Origin: an uncultured bacterium
GTDB taxonomy: Bacteria > Gemmatimonadota > Gemmatimonadetes > Gemmatimonadales > Gemmatimonadaceae
Assembly (NCBI GenBank): GCA_963978095.1
Contig: CAXBQP010000005.1
Span: 10,521-74,520, forward strand
Direction of reading: 5' to 3'
Length of the DNA: 64,000 nucleotides
Below the pieces are notes generated by a model, which worked only from the letters and a program-made list of their open reading frames with translations, did no database searches and was not told the DNA's origin. The position numbers and the translations under genes were made by a program. Below are positions 49,379 to 59,245 of the stretch, one piece after another; positions within the stretch are counted from its first letter, which is position 1, and every line of letters begins with the position of its first letter.

Positions 49379-52222
49379 ATGTCGTGTCGTCGTACCGTGT
49401 GGGTTCTGGTGGGTCTCGCAGCGCTGAGTTTCGCCACCGCGAGCAGTGCGACGCTACGCGCGCAGGATCTTGCCGCCCCACTCCCGCTCGACACGGCCGT
49501 GCATCGCGGCAGGCTGTCCAACGGCGTGCAGTTCGTGATCCGACGCAACGGACGCCCCGAGAAGCGGGCGGAGTTTCGACTCGTGGTCAACGCCGGCTCC
49601 GTGCAGGAGACCGACGTGCAGCGCGGGATCGCCCACTTCGTGGAGCACATGGCCTTCAACGGGACACGCCGATTCCCGAAGGCGGCGATCGTGAACTTCC
49701 TCGAGCGCGCCGGCATGGCGTTCGGCGCCGATGTCAACGCCGCGACGTCGTTCGACGAAACGGTGTATCAGTTGCAGATCCCGACCGACAGCGCGCATCT
49801 CGTCGCGACCGCTCTCGACATCCTCGAAGACTGGGCGCAGGGCGTGGCGTTCGCACCAGCCGAGATCGCCAAGGAGCGCGGCGTCGTTCTCGAGGAGTGG
49901 CGCACGGGACGCGACGCCAGCACTCGGGTGCAGAATCGTCAGTTCCCGGTGATGCTGCGGGGGTCACGCTATGCGGAGCGCCTGCCGATCGGAACACCGG
50001 AGAATCTCGCGGCCTTCCCCGACTCGCTTCCGGCAGCGTTCTATCGGGACTGGTACCGCCCGGATCTCATGACGGTCGTCGCGGTGGGCGATTTCGACCC
50101 TGCGCAGATGGAAGGGGAGATTCGTACCCGCTTTGCCGGCCTCACGATGCCGGCGCATCCCGTGGCGCGCATCTCGCCCCCGGTGCCGGACCACGAGGAC
50201 ACCTTGATCTCGATCGAAACGGACCCGGAGTATCCGGCCTCCAGCATCGGGTTGCTCTGGCTGTATCCCCCGGACCGCTCACAGCGCATCGGGGATCGTC
50301 GTCGCGCCCTCGTGACCGCCTTCTTCGACGGCATGCTCAACGCCCGGCTCGGCGAGATGGCACAGCGCCCGGATGCGCCCTTCGCGTTTGCGTCCGCCGG
50401 CCGCGGAGCCTTCGTGCGCACACGGGACGGGTTCGAACTGGACGCGAGCGTGAAGGACACGGGCTTCGTCCGCGCGGGCTTGGCAATGCTCGGGGAGGTC
50501 GAGCGAGTCGCCCGGTTCGGATTCACGGCGACCGAACTCGAACGCCACCGCACGAACTATCGCCGCGCGCTGGAACAACGGTTCGTCGAGCGGGACAAGT
50601 TGCCGTCGGCGGGCCTCGCCGACAGCTACGCGACCGCCGCAGCCACAGGAACGCCGATTGTCGGCATCGAGAACGAGTCGCGTCTGGGCGAGCAGTTGCT
50701 GGCCACGATCACGCTCGACGAGATCAATGCCGTGGCGCGTCAATCACTCGGGGCCGGCAACCGCGTGGTGCTCGTGGCCGCCCCTGATCGACCGGACATC
50801 ACGCTCCCCGACCGCGCGTCGCTGCTGCGCCTGTTCGACCGCGCCAAGGAGACGACACTCACGGCCTACGTCGACTCGACCAGCGATGCCGCATTGGTGC
50901 CCTCGGCACCGCCTGCCGGGCGCATCACGGCCGAACGCACCTTGCCGGAGACGGGGATCATCGAGTGGACGCTGTCCAACGGCGCGCGCGTGCTGCTGAA
51001 ACCCACGGATTTCAAGGCCGACGAAGTCCTGTTCGCGGCGCGCAGTCCCGGCGGAATCTCGCTGCTTCCGGATGCCGATGTCTCCACGGCGACGCTCAGC
51101 GACTACGTGCTCGCCGCGGGAGGACTCGGCACCTTCAACGCGATCGCGCTGGGCAAGAAGCTGACGGGCATCCGCGCATGGACGGAGGCATCGCTCGGCG
51201 AGTTTTCGGAGCAACTGTCCGGGACTGCCTCGTCCCGGGATCTGGCCACCATGCTGCAGCTGGCATGGCTTCGATTCACCGCGCCACGCGTGGATGCACC
51301 GGCGTGGGACGCCTTCAAGAATCAGGTGCGCACCGGACTCGAGACGCAGAAGAACTCACCGGAGGCCGTGTTCGCCGACACCATGCAGCTCACGCTGGCA
51401 CAGCATCATCCGCGGGTACGCCTCGTGACGCCCGCGATGCTGGACGAGATCCAGTTGCCTCGCGTGCTGGAGATCACCCGCGCGCGATTCGCCGATGCCG
51501 CCGGCTTCACCTTTTATCTTGTCGGCAGCTTCTCCCCCGAGACCGTGCGTCCGCTCGTCGAACAGTGGCTCGCGTCGCTGCCGTCGACGCATGCCGCGGA
51601 GCGCGCGCGTGATGTCGGCATTCGGCCGCCGACCGGGGTCGTGGAGAAGACCGTGCGGATGGGGATCGAACCCAAAGCGCTCACCACTCTCGTGTTTCAC
51701 GGGTCGTGCGCGTATTCCATGACCGCCCGATACGCGCTGTCGTCGTTGCGGGAACTCCTCGAGATCCGGCTGCGCGAGTCGCTCCGGGAGGACAAGGGCG
51801 GGACCTACGGCGTCTCCGTCAGCGCGTCGTGCGACCACATTCCGTTCGAGCGCTACGGACTGACCATCAGCTTCGGCTCCGCCCCCGAACGCGTCGAGGA
51901 GTTGACCAGCGCGCTCTGGCGGGTCGTTCAGGAGATCCAGTCCGGGGTCGTCAGCGATTCCAACGTGACCAAGATTCGCGAGATCCAACTCCGCGGACAC
52001 GAGACCGGACTCCGACAGAACGGCAGCTGGCTGAGCGCCATGATGGATGCGGATGAGGACGGGCGCGACCAGCGCGACTTCCTGCGGTATCCGAATCTCG
52101 TGGGCTCGCTGAACGCTCCGATGCTGCGCGACGCGGCACGCGCCTATATTCGACGGGATTCCTACGCGCGATTCATTCTCCTCCCGGCAACCGCGGGAGC
52201 CCCACCGAAGCCCGAGCCCTGA
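49379..52222 (+). CDS. M16 family zinc protease (PqqL-like), secreted
   Basis: Signal peptide, AHFVEHMAFNG (HxxEH), NAATSFDET, KERGVVLEE, with a duplicated M16 architecture. Confidence 0.93.
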   Translation: MSCRRTVWVLVGLAALSFATASSATLRAQDLAAPLPLDTAVHRGRLSNGVQFVIRRNGRPEKRAEFRLVVNAGSVQETDVQRGIAHFVEHMAFNGTRRFPKAAIVNFLERAGMAFGADVNAATSFDETVYQLQIPTDSAHLVATALDILEDWAQGVAFAPAEIAKERGVVLEEWRTGRDASTRVQNRQFPVMLRGSRYAERLPIGTPENLAAFPDSLPAAFYRDWYRPDLMTVVAVGDFDPAQMEGEIRTRFAGLTMPAHPVARISPPVPDHEDTLISIETDPEYPASSIGLLWLYPPDRSQRIGDRRRALVTAFFDGMLNARLGEMAQRPDAPFAFASAGRGAFVRTRDGFELDASVKDTGFVRAGLAMLGEVERVARFGFTATELERHRTNYRRALEQRFVERDKLPSAGLADSYATAAATGTPIVGIENESRLGEQLLATITLDEINAVARQSLGAGNRVVLVAAPDRPDITLPDRASLLRLFDRAKETTLTAYVDSTSDAALVPSAPPAGRITAERTLPETGIIEWTLSNGARVLLKPTDFKADEVLFAARSPGGISLLPDADVSTATLSDYVLAAGGLGTFNAIALGKKLTGIRAWTEASLGEFSEQLSGTASSRDLATMLQLAWLRFTAPRVDAPAWDAFKNQVRTGLETQKNSPEAVFADTMQLTLAQHHPRVRLVTPAMLDEIQLPRVLEITRARFADAAGFTFYLVGSFSPETVRPLVEQWLASLPSTHAAERARDVGIRPPTGVVEKTVRMGIEPKALTTLVFHGSCAYSMTARYALSSLRELLEIRLRESLREDKGGTYGVSVSASCDHIPFERYGLTISFGSAPERVEELTSALWRVVQEIQSGVVSDSNVTKIREIQLRGHETGLRQNGSWLSAMMDADEDGRDQRDFLRYPNLVGSLNAPMLRDAARAYIRRDSYARFILLPATAGAPPKPEP

Positions 52223-52225
52223 GCG

Positions 52226-52558
52226 ATGCCGACGCCCGATGATTTCTTTGCCATCGATATCCGCGTCGGAACGGTGCTGCAGGCCGCACCGTTCCCCGAG
52301 GCACGGAAGCCGTCCATCAAGCTCGAGATCGACTTCGGACCGGAACTGGGCATCAAGCGATCCAGCGCACAGATCACCGTCCACTACACGCCGGAGCAGC
52401 TGGTAGGCCGTCAGGTGGTGGCGGTCGTCAATATCGGGGAGCGCCGGATCGCGGGGTATGTCAGCCAAGTGCTCTGTCTTGGGGCGATGCCGCTCTCCAC
52501 CGAAGTCATTCTCCTCAACCCAGACCAGCCGGTCGCCAACGGCACACGGATAGGCTAA
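52226..52558 (+). CDS. csaA: CsaA/tRNA-binding OB-fold protein
   Basis: DIRVGTV, FPEARKP, SSAQIT, VVAVVN, SQVLCLG. Confidence 0.9.
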   Translation: MPTPDDFFAIDIRVGTVLQAAPFPEARKPSIKLEIDFGPELGIKRSSAQITVHYTPEQLVGRQVVAVVNIGERRIAGYVSQVLCLGAMPLSTEVILLNPDQPVANGTRIG

Positions 52559-52560
52559 CC

Positions 52561-53007
52561 ATGAAACATGATGCGCTGGGCAGCGTCGACGCGGTACGCG
52601 GCGACAACATCGTCACGATGACGTGGCACGGAGAGCGTCGGTTCGAAGCCGGCCGCTCCGGCGCGCCGACGATCCGGATGGATGGCGACGCCACCACTGC
52701 CCCAAGTCCGGTGGACACCCTCATCTCGGCGCTCGCGGGCTGCACGGCGGTCGATGTCGTGGACATCCTCAAGAAGCGCCGCACTGAGCCGACCGCCCTC
52801 GACATGGTCATCACCGCGCAACGCGCCGATGGCACGCCGCGGCGCCTCGTGAAGGTGCACCTCGCGTATCGCATCACCGGCGGCGGCGTGGAGCGGGACC
52901 ACGCGCTGCGTGCGATCGAACTGGCGGTCACCAAGTACTGCTCCGTCCGGGATTCGCTCGACCCGGAACTGCCCGTGACCTGGAGCTTGGAACTCCTACC
53001 GGGATAG
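52561..53007 (+). CDS. OsmC family protein
   Basis: SPVDTLISALAGCTAVDV and KYCSV. Confidence 0.9.
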   Translation: MKHDALGSVDAVRGDNIVTMTWHGERRFEAGRSGAPTIRMDGDATTAPSPVDTLISALAGCTAVDVVDILKKRRTEPTALDMVITAQRADGTPRRLVKVHLAYRITGGGVERDHALRAIELAVTKYCSVRDSLDPELPVTWSLELLPG

Positions 53008-53526
53008 CTCCCGCACGACGTGCCGGAGCTCGGGGATCAGCACGCGCGTGAGCGCGAGCTCGACCGCCGCCGTCGAGCCGGGCATCGACGCGATGAACGT
53101 TCGTCCCGCTGCGCCGGCCACCGCACGCGACAGAATCGCTGCGGTCCCCACCTGCTCCCGGAACGAGAGCAGGCGAAAGATCTCCCCGAACCCGGGAAGC
53201 TCCTTGTCGAACAACGGCCGCACCGCCTCGATGGTGCGGTCGCGCTGTCCGAGACCGGTGCCGCCCGTGAGCAGGATCGCGTCGACGTCGCCGCGCCCAA
53301 CCAGGGCGACGACATGTGCGCGCACCCGGTCCTCGTCGTTCGGCAGCAACGTGGCGTCGATCACGGCGTATCCGGTGGCCTCAAGCAGTTCGCGCATGCG
53401 TGCGCCCGACGTATCGGTGTCCGCGGTCCGCGAATCGGAGACGGTCACGATCGCGCAGCGCACCGTCGGACGACGGTCGCCCTCCGCCCGATGCGTACTG
53501 GTGCCCTCAGGAAGTTCGGTCGCCAT
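52996..53526 (-). CDS. moaB: MogA/MoaB molybdenum cofactor biosynthesis protein
   Basis: TVSDSR, TGGTG, D-TIEA, PGFGE, SRA, MPGS. Confidence 0.88.
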   Translation of the reverse strand: MATELPEGTSTHRAEGDRRPTVRCAIVTVSDSRTADTDTSGARMRELLEATGYAVIDATLLPNDEDRVRAHVVALVGRGDVDAILLTGGTGLGQRDRTIEAVRPLFDKELPGFGEIFRLLSFREQVGTAAILSRAVAGAAGRTFIASMPGSTAAVELALTRVLIPELRHVVRELSR

Positions 53527-53619
53527 GGGCGGAAGCTGGCCACGTACCACTCGGGCGGCAAGGGCGCGATATTTCAACGCGCTGCGATGGCCCGCGCAGC
53601 TTCACCCCGGAATCTGACG

Positions 53620-54258
53620 ATGTCGATCGCCCACCTTCGCAAGGAATACGCGCGCGAGACCCTCAACGAGCACGATGTGCACCCGGATCCGATCCAGCAG
53701 TTCGGCCGCTGGTTCGAGCAGGCCCGTGCGGCGGAACTGCTGGAGCCGAATGCGATGGCGCTCGCGACCGTCTCACCGGCGGGTCAGCCGGCGGTGCGGA
53801 TGGTCCTGCTGAAGGAATATTCCGAACGCGGCTTCGTGTTCTACACGGATTACCGCAGCCGAAAAGGACACGAGCTGGCCGCGAACGCCCGCGCGGGACT
53901 CTGCTTCTGGTGGGATGCGCTGCAGCGCCAAGTCCGCGTCAATGGCACGGTGGAACGCGTCGCGCGCGATGAGGCGGCGGCCTACTATCGGTCGCGTCCC
54001 CATGGCAGTCGGGTGGGAGCATGGGCCTCGCACCAGAGTGAGGTGCTGCCCTCGCGCGCGTCACTCGAACAGGAAGTCGCTCGGCTCGGCGCGATCCATC
54101 CCGACGGCAGCGATGTCCCGCTGCCGGATCATTGGGGCGGCTTCCGCGTACTCCCGGACGAGATCGAGTTCTGGCAGGGACGTCCGAGTCGATTGCACGA
54201 CCGGATTCGGTACGCGCGACAGGGCGATCAGTGGAGGCGCGAGCGGCTCTCGCCCTGA
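53620..54258 (+). CDS. pdxH: Pyridoxamine 5'-phosphate oxidase
   Basis: LRKEY, RMVLLK, FYTDYRSRKG, EFWQGRPSRLHDR, RLSP. Confidence 0.95.
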   Translation: MSIAHLRKEYARETLNEHDVHPDPIQQFGRWFEQARAAELLEPNAMALATVSPAGQPAVRMVLLKEYSERGFVFYTDYRSRKGHELAANARAGLCFWWDALQRQVRVNGTVERVARDEAAAYYRSRPHGSRVGAWASHQSEVLPSRASLEQEVARLGAIHPDGSDVPLPDHWGGFRVLPDEIEFWQGRPSRLHDRIRYARQGDQWRRERLSP

Positions 54259-54277
54259 CCCGCACCGCGCGCCCGGC

Positions 54278-55156
54278 TCAGAGCTCCTTAAGGGCCTTCT
54301 TGACCTGCTCGAGATTGGGATTCAACCGAAGCGCTGCCTCATAGGCCTGACGGGCTCCGGCCTTGTCCCCCTTCTTGGCGAGCAGTTCCCCGAGCCGGAA
54401 GTTGACCGCCGCGGGCGCGGGATTCCCGTCGACGCCGAGTGCCGAGGAGGCCAGGACACGGCGAAGCGCCTGCTCCCCCCGGTCCAGCTGTTTACCCGCC
54501 GTCGTCGCCACGCGCCCGAACCAGAACAAACCGGTGAGGTTGTCCTTCTCCTTGGCCACGAACTTCTCCATCACCGCGAGCGCTTCATCGGCACGGCGAT
54601 TGTTCGCCAGGAAACCGGCGAGGCTTGTGGCGGAGGGCGCACTGTCGGGGAACTCCGTCCACGCCGCCCGGTACTCCCGCTCGACCACGACGAGATCCTT
54701 CTCCCGGTTCGCAAGGGTCCCGCGCGCGATGTGGCCCCGCAGACGATTGATCTTGAAGATTGCCTCGGCCTGTTCGTGCGCCTTCTCCACGCTCCCGCCC
54801 ATCACCGACGGGGCGATCATGTAGAACTGCAGCAGCCCCTCGCGCGCCGGAATGTTGGAGGGATCCAACTGGACCGTGCGCTCGAACTCCGCCTTGCAGC
54901 GCCGCGCGAGCAGCGGTTGACGGAGCACACTGGCTTTCTGCGCGACGACGCCCAGCGCGCGGGCGAGGCCGAGGTGGTACTCGGCATTCTTGTCGGACGC
55001 GGCGATCGCCTTCTCGAACGCTTTCACCGCGGCATCCCCATCGTTGGCCTGCAACGCGGCCATGCCCTGCTTGAACGATTCACTCCCCGTCTGAGCGGAG
55101 AGCGCGAGCGGGAGGATCGCCAAACCGACGACCGCACGACGGACGCAACGAGTCAT
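54278..55156 (-). CDS. Secreted TPR-repeat protein
   Basis: Signal peptide, TPR-like helices and APSVMGG. Confidence 0.8.
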   Translation of the reverse strand: MTRCVRRAVVGLAILPLALSAQTGSESFKQGMAALQANDGDAAVKAFEKAIAASDKNAEYHLGLARALGVVAQKASVLRQPLLARRCKAEFERTVQLDPSNIPAREGLLQFYMIAPSVMGGSVEKAHEQAEAIFKINRLRGHIARGTLANREKDLVVVEREYRAAWTEFPDSAPSATSLAGFLANNRRADEALAVMEKFVAKEKDNLTGLFWFGRVATTAGKQLDRGEQALRRVLASSALGVDGNPAPAAVNFRLGELLAKKGDKAGARQAYEAALRLNPNLEQVKKALKEL

Positions 55157-55160
55157 GGGA

Positions 55161-56090
55161 TCACCAAGCGCGTTCGAGATCTCGAAGTTCGCCACGGAGC
55201 TTAAGGTAACTTTCCCAGCGCGCCCGCGAAATCGTGCCGGCCTCGACGCGCTGACGCACCGCGCAGCCGGGTTCGTGATCGTGACCGCAATCGGCGAACT
55301 TGCACGCTCCGATCAGCACCTTGAACTCGGGGAAGCATTGATCGAGATGCTCGGGCGACAACCCCCACATGCCCACCTCACGGAGTCCGGGGGTATCGAC
55401 GACAAAGCCGCCGAGCCTGTCCGGCACCGGGATCAGTCGCGCACCGACGGTGGTGTGACGCCCCTTGTTCACCGATTCGCTGATCTCACCGGTGCGAAGG
55501 TCGAGACCCGGGAAGAGCGCGTTGAGGAGCGATGATTTCCCCACGCCCGATGGGCCCGTAAGGGCAGAGGTGCGTCCGGCGAGCGTGTCGTGCAGTGCGC
55601 GGAGCCCGGTTTGGTCTTTGACGCTCGTCCGGAAAACCGGGTAGCCAGCGCGCTCGTATTCCGCCGCGAGATCGGCCGCGCCCGCCGCCCCCCCGACGAG
55701 ATCCACCTTGTTGATCACCAGACAGGCCGCGATGTCATTGCCTTCCGCGATGACCAGGAACCGGTCGATCATGCGCACGTGCGGTTCGGGCTTGGCGGCC
55801 GCGAACACCACGACGACTTGATCCACGTTCGCCGCGACCACGCGCTCACCGCGGGCGCGGCCCGGTGTTTTCCGCGACAGGGTCGACCTTCGCGGCCGGA
55901 TCTCGGTGATCGCCCAGGCTCCGTCGCGGTCATCACGTTCGATGCCGACATCGTCGCCCACGGCCAGCTTGATCTGGCCGTCCTGCTTGAGTCGGCCCCG
56001 CATGGAGGCATCCAGCAGCTCCCCCGCACCGGTCCGCACGTGATACACGCCGCCCGTGCCCTGCAGGACGACCGCATCCACGACGCTCAC
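55161..56090 (-). CDS. rsgA: Ribosome small subunit-dependent GTPase A
   Basis: ANVD, NKVD, GPSGVGKSS, GRHTT, DTPG, CKFADCGHDHEPGC. Confidence 0.95.
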   Translation of the reverse strand: MSVVDAVVLQGTGGVYHVRTGAGELLDASMRGRLKQDGQIKLAVGDDVGIERDDRDGAWAITEIRPRRSTLSRKTPGRARGERVVAANVDQVVVVFAAAKPEPHVRMIDRFLVIAEGNDIAACLVINKVDLVGGAAGAADLAAEYERAGYPVFRTSVKDQTGLRALHDTLAGRTSALTGPSGVGKSSLLNALFPGLDLRTGEISESVNKGRHTTVGARLIPVPDRLGGFVVDTPGLREVGMWGLSPEHLDQCFPEFKVLIGACKFADCGHDHEPGCAVRQRVEAGTISRARWESYLKLRGELRDLERAW

Positions 56091-56506
56091 GCCGCACCGT
56101 CGGCATCGTCGCGTTCATCGCGCATGACATCCCACCACCGGCGGCTGGAGCCGCCATCGCGCTCCAAGAGCATGTTGTCGAGCATCCGCTGCGCTTCTTC
56201 GAGCGTCAACTCGCCGAGCAACTTCTCGACCGAGGCGGCATCCGCCCCGAAGGTCAGGAAGGGCGTCTCCAGGTGGCCCGCCACCTGCTGGGCACCGGTC
56301 CGCGTCCACTGCACGAACACCAGGTATCCCCCCCACGCACGGTCCGGCTCCACATCGTCGGTGCGGTCGCTCAGGATGTCGAGACTGTAGGACATGCCGT
56401 CCCGCCCTTCGAGTGCTGCCGGCCGTGCATGCACCGCGGCATAGCCACCCACGGTGCGCTCGTCCCCCTTGTCGTACTGCGGCGGGATCTGTTGCCCGGG
56501 ACTCAC
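56087..56506 (-). CDS. Hypothetical protein
   Basis: Its start and stop are coupled to both neighbours. GGYAAVHARPAALEGRDG, HLET. Confidence 0.7.
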   Translation of the reverse strand: MSPGQQIPPQYDKGDERTVGGYAAVHARPAALEGRDGMSYSLDILSDRTDDVEPDRAWGGYLVFVQWTRTGAQQVAGHLETPFLTFGADAASVEKLLGELTLEEAQRMLDNMLLERDGGSSRRWWDVMRDERDDADGAA

Positions 56507-57459
56507 GATGCGCCGGCGGAGGGCTTCGCACGACCCGACATCGACTCGCGCAGGATGTTTCCGGTCATGAAGGCGAGGTTCGCCGGACGCTCGGCGAGTC
56601 GGCGCATGAGGTACGGATACCATTGCGTCCCGAACGGAACATAGACGCGCATCCGGTAGCCGTCCCGCACGAGCTGTTCCTGGAGGTCACGGCGTACGCC
56701 GTACAGCATCTGGAACTCGAACGCATTCGGCGCGATGCCCTGCGTCCTGGCGAACCGCTTGGCCTCGGCGATGATCGCCGCGTCGTGCGTCGCGATCCCC
56801 GGGTAGCGTCCGCGCTGCATCAGCTCCTTCATGCACTGCACGTAGGTCGCGTCGACATCGCGCTTGTCGGGGAACGCGACGGTCGGCGGCTCGAGATACG
56901 CACCCTTGCAGATGCGCACGCGGCAGTTGAGGTCGATGGCATGCCGGACATCGTCCGGCGTCCGGCGGAGCGAGCTCTGCAACACGATGCCGACGTTGTC
57001 CGGATACTGCGGATAGAGCCGCTGCTCGAAGAACTCGATCGTACGCGTCGTATACGCGCTCGACTCCATGTCGAGACGCACGAAGCTTCCGTATTCTTTG
57101 GCCCGATCGAGAATCCGCTTCATGATCTCCTCGCAGAGACCATCGTCGATGTCCTGTCCCATGGCCGTGAGCTTCACGGAAACATTCGCGTCCAGGCGGT
57201 TGGCGTGGATCGCGTCCAGCAGTCGCAGATACTCGTCCCCCGCGGCCTTCGCTTCGGCGGCGTTCGTCACGCTCTCGCCGAGGAGGTCGAGCGACGCCGA
57301 GATCCCCATGGTGTTCAAGGCGGCCACCGCGGGAACCGCCGTGTCGATCGTCTCGCCGGCGACGAACCGGGATGCCATCGCCTTGGCGAAGCCATTGTTC
57401 CGCACGAAACGGAAGATCGACGATTGTCGTGAGAGGAACAGCAGGGAGGAGCGCAGCAT
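56503..57459 (-). CDS. Monofunctional proline dehydrogenase
   Basis: RFVAGE, DLLGE, SVKLT, RLDME, RICKGAY, ATHD, EFQMLYG, YVPFG...RRLAERP. Confidence 0.93.
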   Translation of the reverse strand: MLRSSLLFLSRQSSIFRFVRNNGFAKAMASRFVAGETIDTAVPAVAALNTMGISASLDLLGESVTNAAEAKAAGDEYLRLLDAIHANRLDANVSVKLTAMGQDIDDGLCEEIMKRILDRAKEYGSFVRLDMESSAYTTRTIEFFEQRLYPQYPDNVGIVLQSSLRRTPDDVRHAIDLNCRVRICKGAYLEPPTVAFPDKRDVDATYVQCMKELMQRGRYPGIATHDAAIIAEAKRFARTQGIAPNAFEFQMLYGVRRDLQEQLVRDGYRMRVYVPFGTQWYPYLMRRLAERPANLAFMTGNILRESMSGRAKPSAGAS

Positions 57460-57467
57460 GAGATCGA

Positions 57468-59222
57468 TTACGGGATGATACGCGTGGGTGTGGTGACCGG
57501 TGCAGTCACCCGCATCACCGGGAACGTGCGCCCGGCCGCTGGGCGGGCCTCGAGCTCGGCGTCGAAGAAGTTCCAGGTCGCCAACCCGTCATCGGACTGT
57601 GGTTCGAGGAGCAGCGCGGCGAGCACGCCGAGGGGTTGCGCCGATCGTACGATGTAGGTGCCAGGCGCGAGCATGATGGACGACGCCCGCCAGCCGCCCT
57701 CGATCCGCAACTCGCTGTGACCCTGGAACGGGCGTCCCGACTTGACGAGCGAGTCGACGGTGAACGTCTCACCGCCGGCGTTGCCCGCCCCGGTCACCTG
57801 CTCCACGACGATTCCGTGCAGCCGCAGCCGCGCAAGCACGGAGTCGAGGCCGGCAATCCGCCCGAAGGCCCAGGCCACGGGCAGTTTCGCGCGGAGCGTC
57901 GGATCGAAACGATCCTTGACCGGCATCTTCAGCGCGACCATCTGCCCGCTCCGCTTCATGCCGCACCGGACGCCGGGTTCGGTGAGCGGCCACGGGCAGG
58001 TGAAGCCACCGCCCGGTCCGCGTCCCCCGCGCCCCGCCTGCTCCACCCCCTTGGCCTCCGGGATCTGCACCAACGGTTCCTCGATCACGACCTGCAGGCT
58101 GGGCGTCCTCGTGAGCACCGCGCGGATCGGCACCTCGGCGACGGTTCCGGCCATCAAGGCCGCGTCACTCCCGCGCGTGAGCGCGAGTACGGACCGGGTA
58201 CGTTCGGCCGTGAGCGACAGCAGCTCCCTCACGAACGCATACGTGGACTTCACGCGACGCTCGAAGGGATCATGCGAATACGCCTCGCTCAGAATCGAGA
58301 GACGGCCACGCGTGCCGTAGTAGTTGGTCCCGTAGCGCGGCTTGTGCTCGTACGTGCTCCAACTCTTGGGCTCTCCGGCCGCCGCGGGCCCTTCGTCGCC
58401 GCTGAAGTTGCCGTAGTCGAACACCTCGAACTTGTCGCGCGTCCGCATCCGCTGACGCAACACGGGCAGCATCGAGTCGCGGACGAAGGCGCCCCCGAAC
58501 GTCCCACCGACGAGACCGGCCGCCGGATGCAACGACGGGGAATACGTGAGGGCGTAGCCGTGATAGCTGCCGTCCGTGGTATGCAAATCGACGAAGAGGT
58601 CGGGATCCCACGCATTGAACATCGCCAGCGAGGCGCGCGTCTCCGGCGCCTCGAGTTTGATGTAGTCGCGGTTCAGATCGAGCTGCATCCCGTTCGGACG
58701 CTGGCCAACCAGTTCGGGGCCGTTTTGTGCGCCGCGCTGCTGCGCCTGCGGCTTGAACATCTCGTTGCCGTCGGCGTTGTAGATGGGGACGGCCACCAAC
58801 ACGATGGAATCGAGGACGTTCTTCCTCGGATCGAAGAGCAGATCGCGCAGCACGGCCTGCAACGCTTCCTTGCCCTCGACCTCGCCGGCGTGGATGTTGC
58901 CCTGCACGTAGACGATCGGCCGCCCGAGGCGCTTCGCTTCGAGGGGGGTCGCCACCAATGGCCGCGAGGCAATCACGTAGGGAATGTCACGACCTTGCGA
59001 CGTCCTGCCGATGCTGCCCACGCGAATCTTCGCCCCGCGCGCCTGGAGCGAGTCGATGAAGGCGACAACATCCGCGTACGTCGATGTCTCTCTGTACTTC
59101 GACCGCTCCGCGCGCGTCTGCTGCGCGCCCATCGTTCGGGGGACGCCACTCACGAGACATGCAGCGGTCAGCAGCAGCGTCGCCAGCGCCGAACGCGGCA
59201 CGCGCGAATCTCGAATCGTCAT
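57468..59222 (-). CDS. M14 family zinc carboxypeptidase, secreted
   Basis: IHAGEVEGKE, NADG, DLNRD, DLHTTDG. Confidence 0.9.
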   Translation of the reverse strand: MTIRDSRVPRSALATLLLTAACLVSGVPRTMGAQQTRAERSKYRETSTYADVVAFIDSLQARGAKIRVGSIGRTSQGRDIPYVIASRPLVATPLEAKRLGRPIVYVQGNIHAGEVEGKEALQAVLRDLLFDPRKNVLDSIVLVAVPIYNADGNEMFKPQAQQRGAQNGPELVGQRPNGMQLDLNRDYIKLEAPETRASLAMFNAWDPDLFVDLHTTDGSYHGYALTYSPSLHPAAGLVGGTFGGAFVRDSMLPVLRQRMRTRDKFEVFDYGNFSGDEGPAAAGEPKSWSTYEHKPRYGTNYYGTRGRLSILSEAYSHDPFERRVKSTYAFVRELLSLTAERTRSVLALTRGSDAALMAGTVAEVPIRAVLTRTPSLQVVIEEPLVQIPEAKGVEQAGRGGRGPGGGFTCPWPLTEPGVRCGMKRSGQMVALKMPVKDRFDPTLRAKLPVAWAFGRIAGLDSVLARLRLHGIVVEQVTGAGNAGGETFTVDSLVKSGRPFQGHSELRIEGGWRASSIMLAPGTYIVRSAQPLGVLAALLLEPQSDDGLATWNFFDAELEARPAAGRTFPVMRVTAPVTTPTRIIP

Positions 59223-59245
59223 GCGGTCTCCAGTGGGTACCAGTC

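Noticed and set aside
51655..51680. GGGGATCGAACCC, which resembles the reverse complement of a tRNA T-arm
   Set aside because: It lies within the M16 protease CDS and no cloverleaf can be formed around it.
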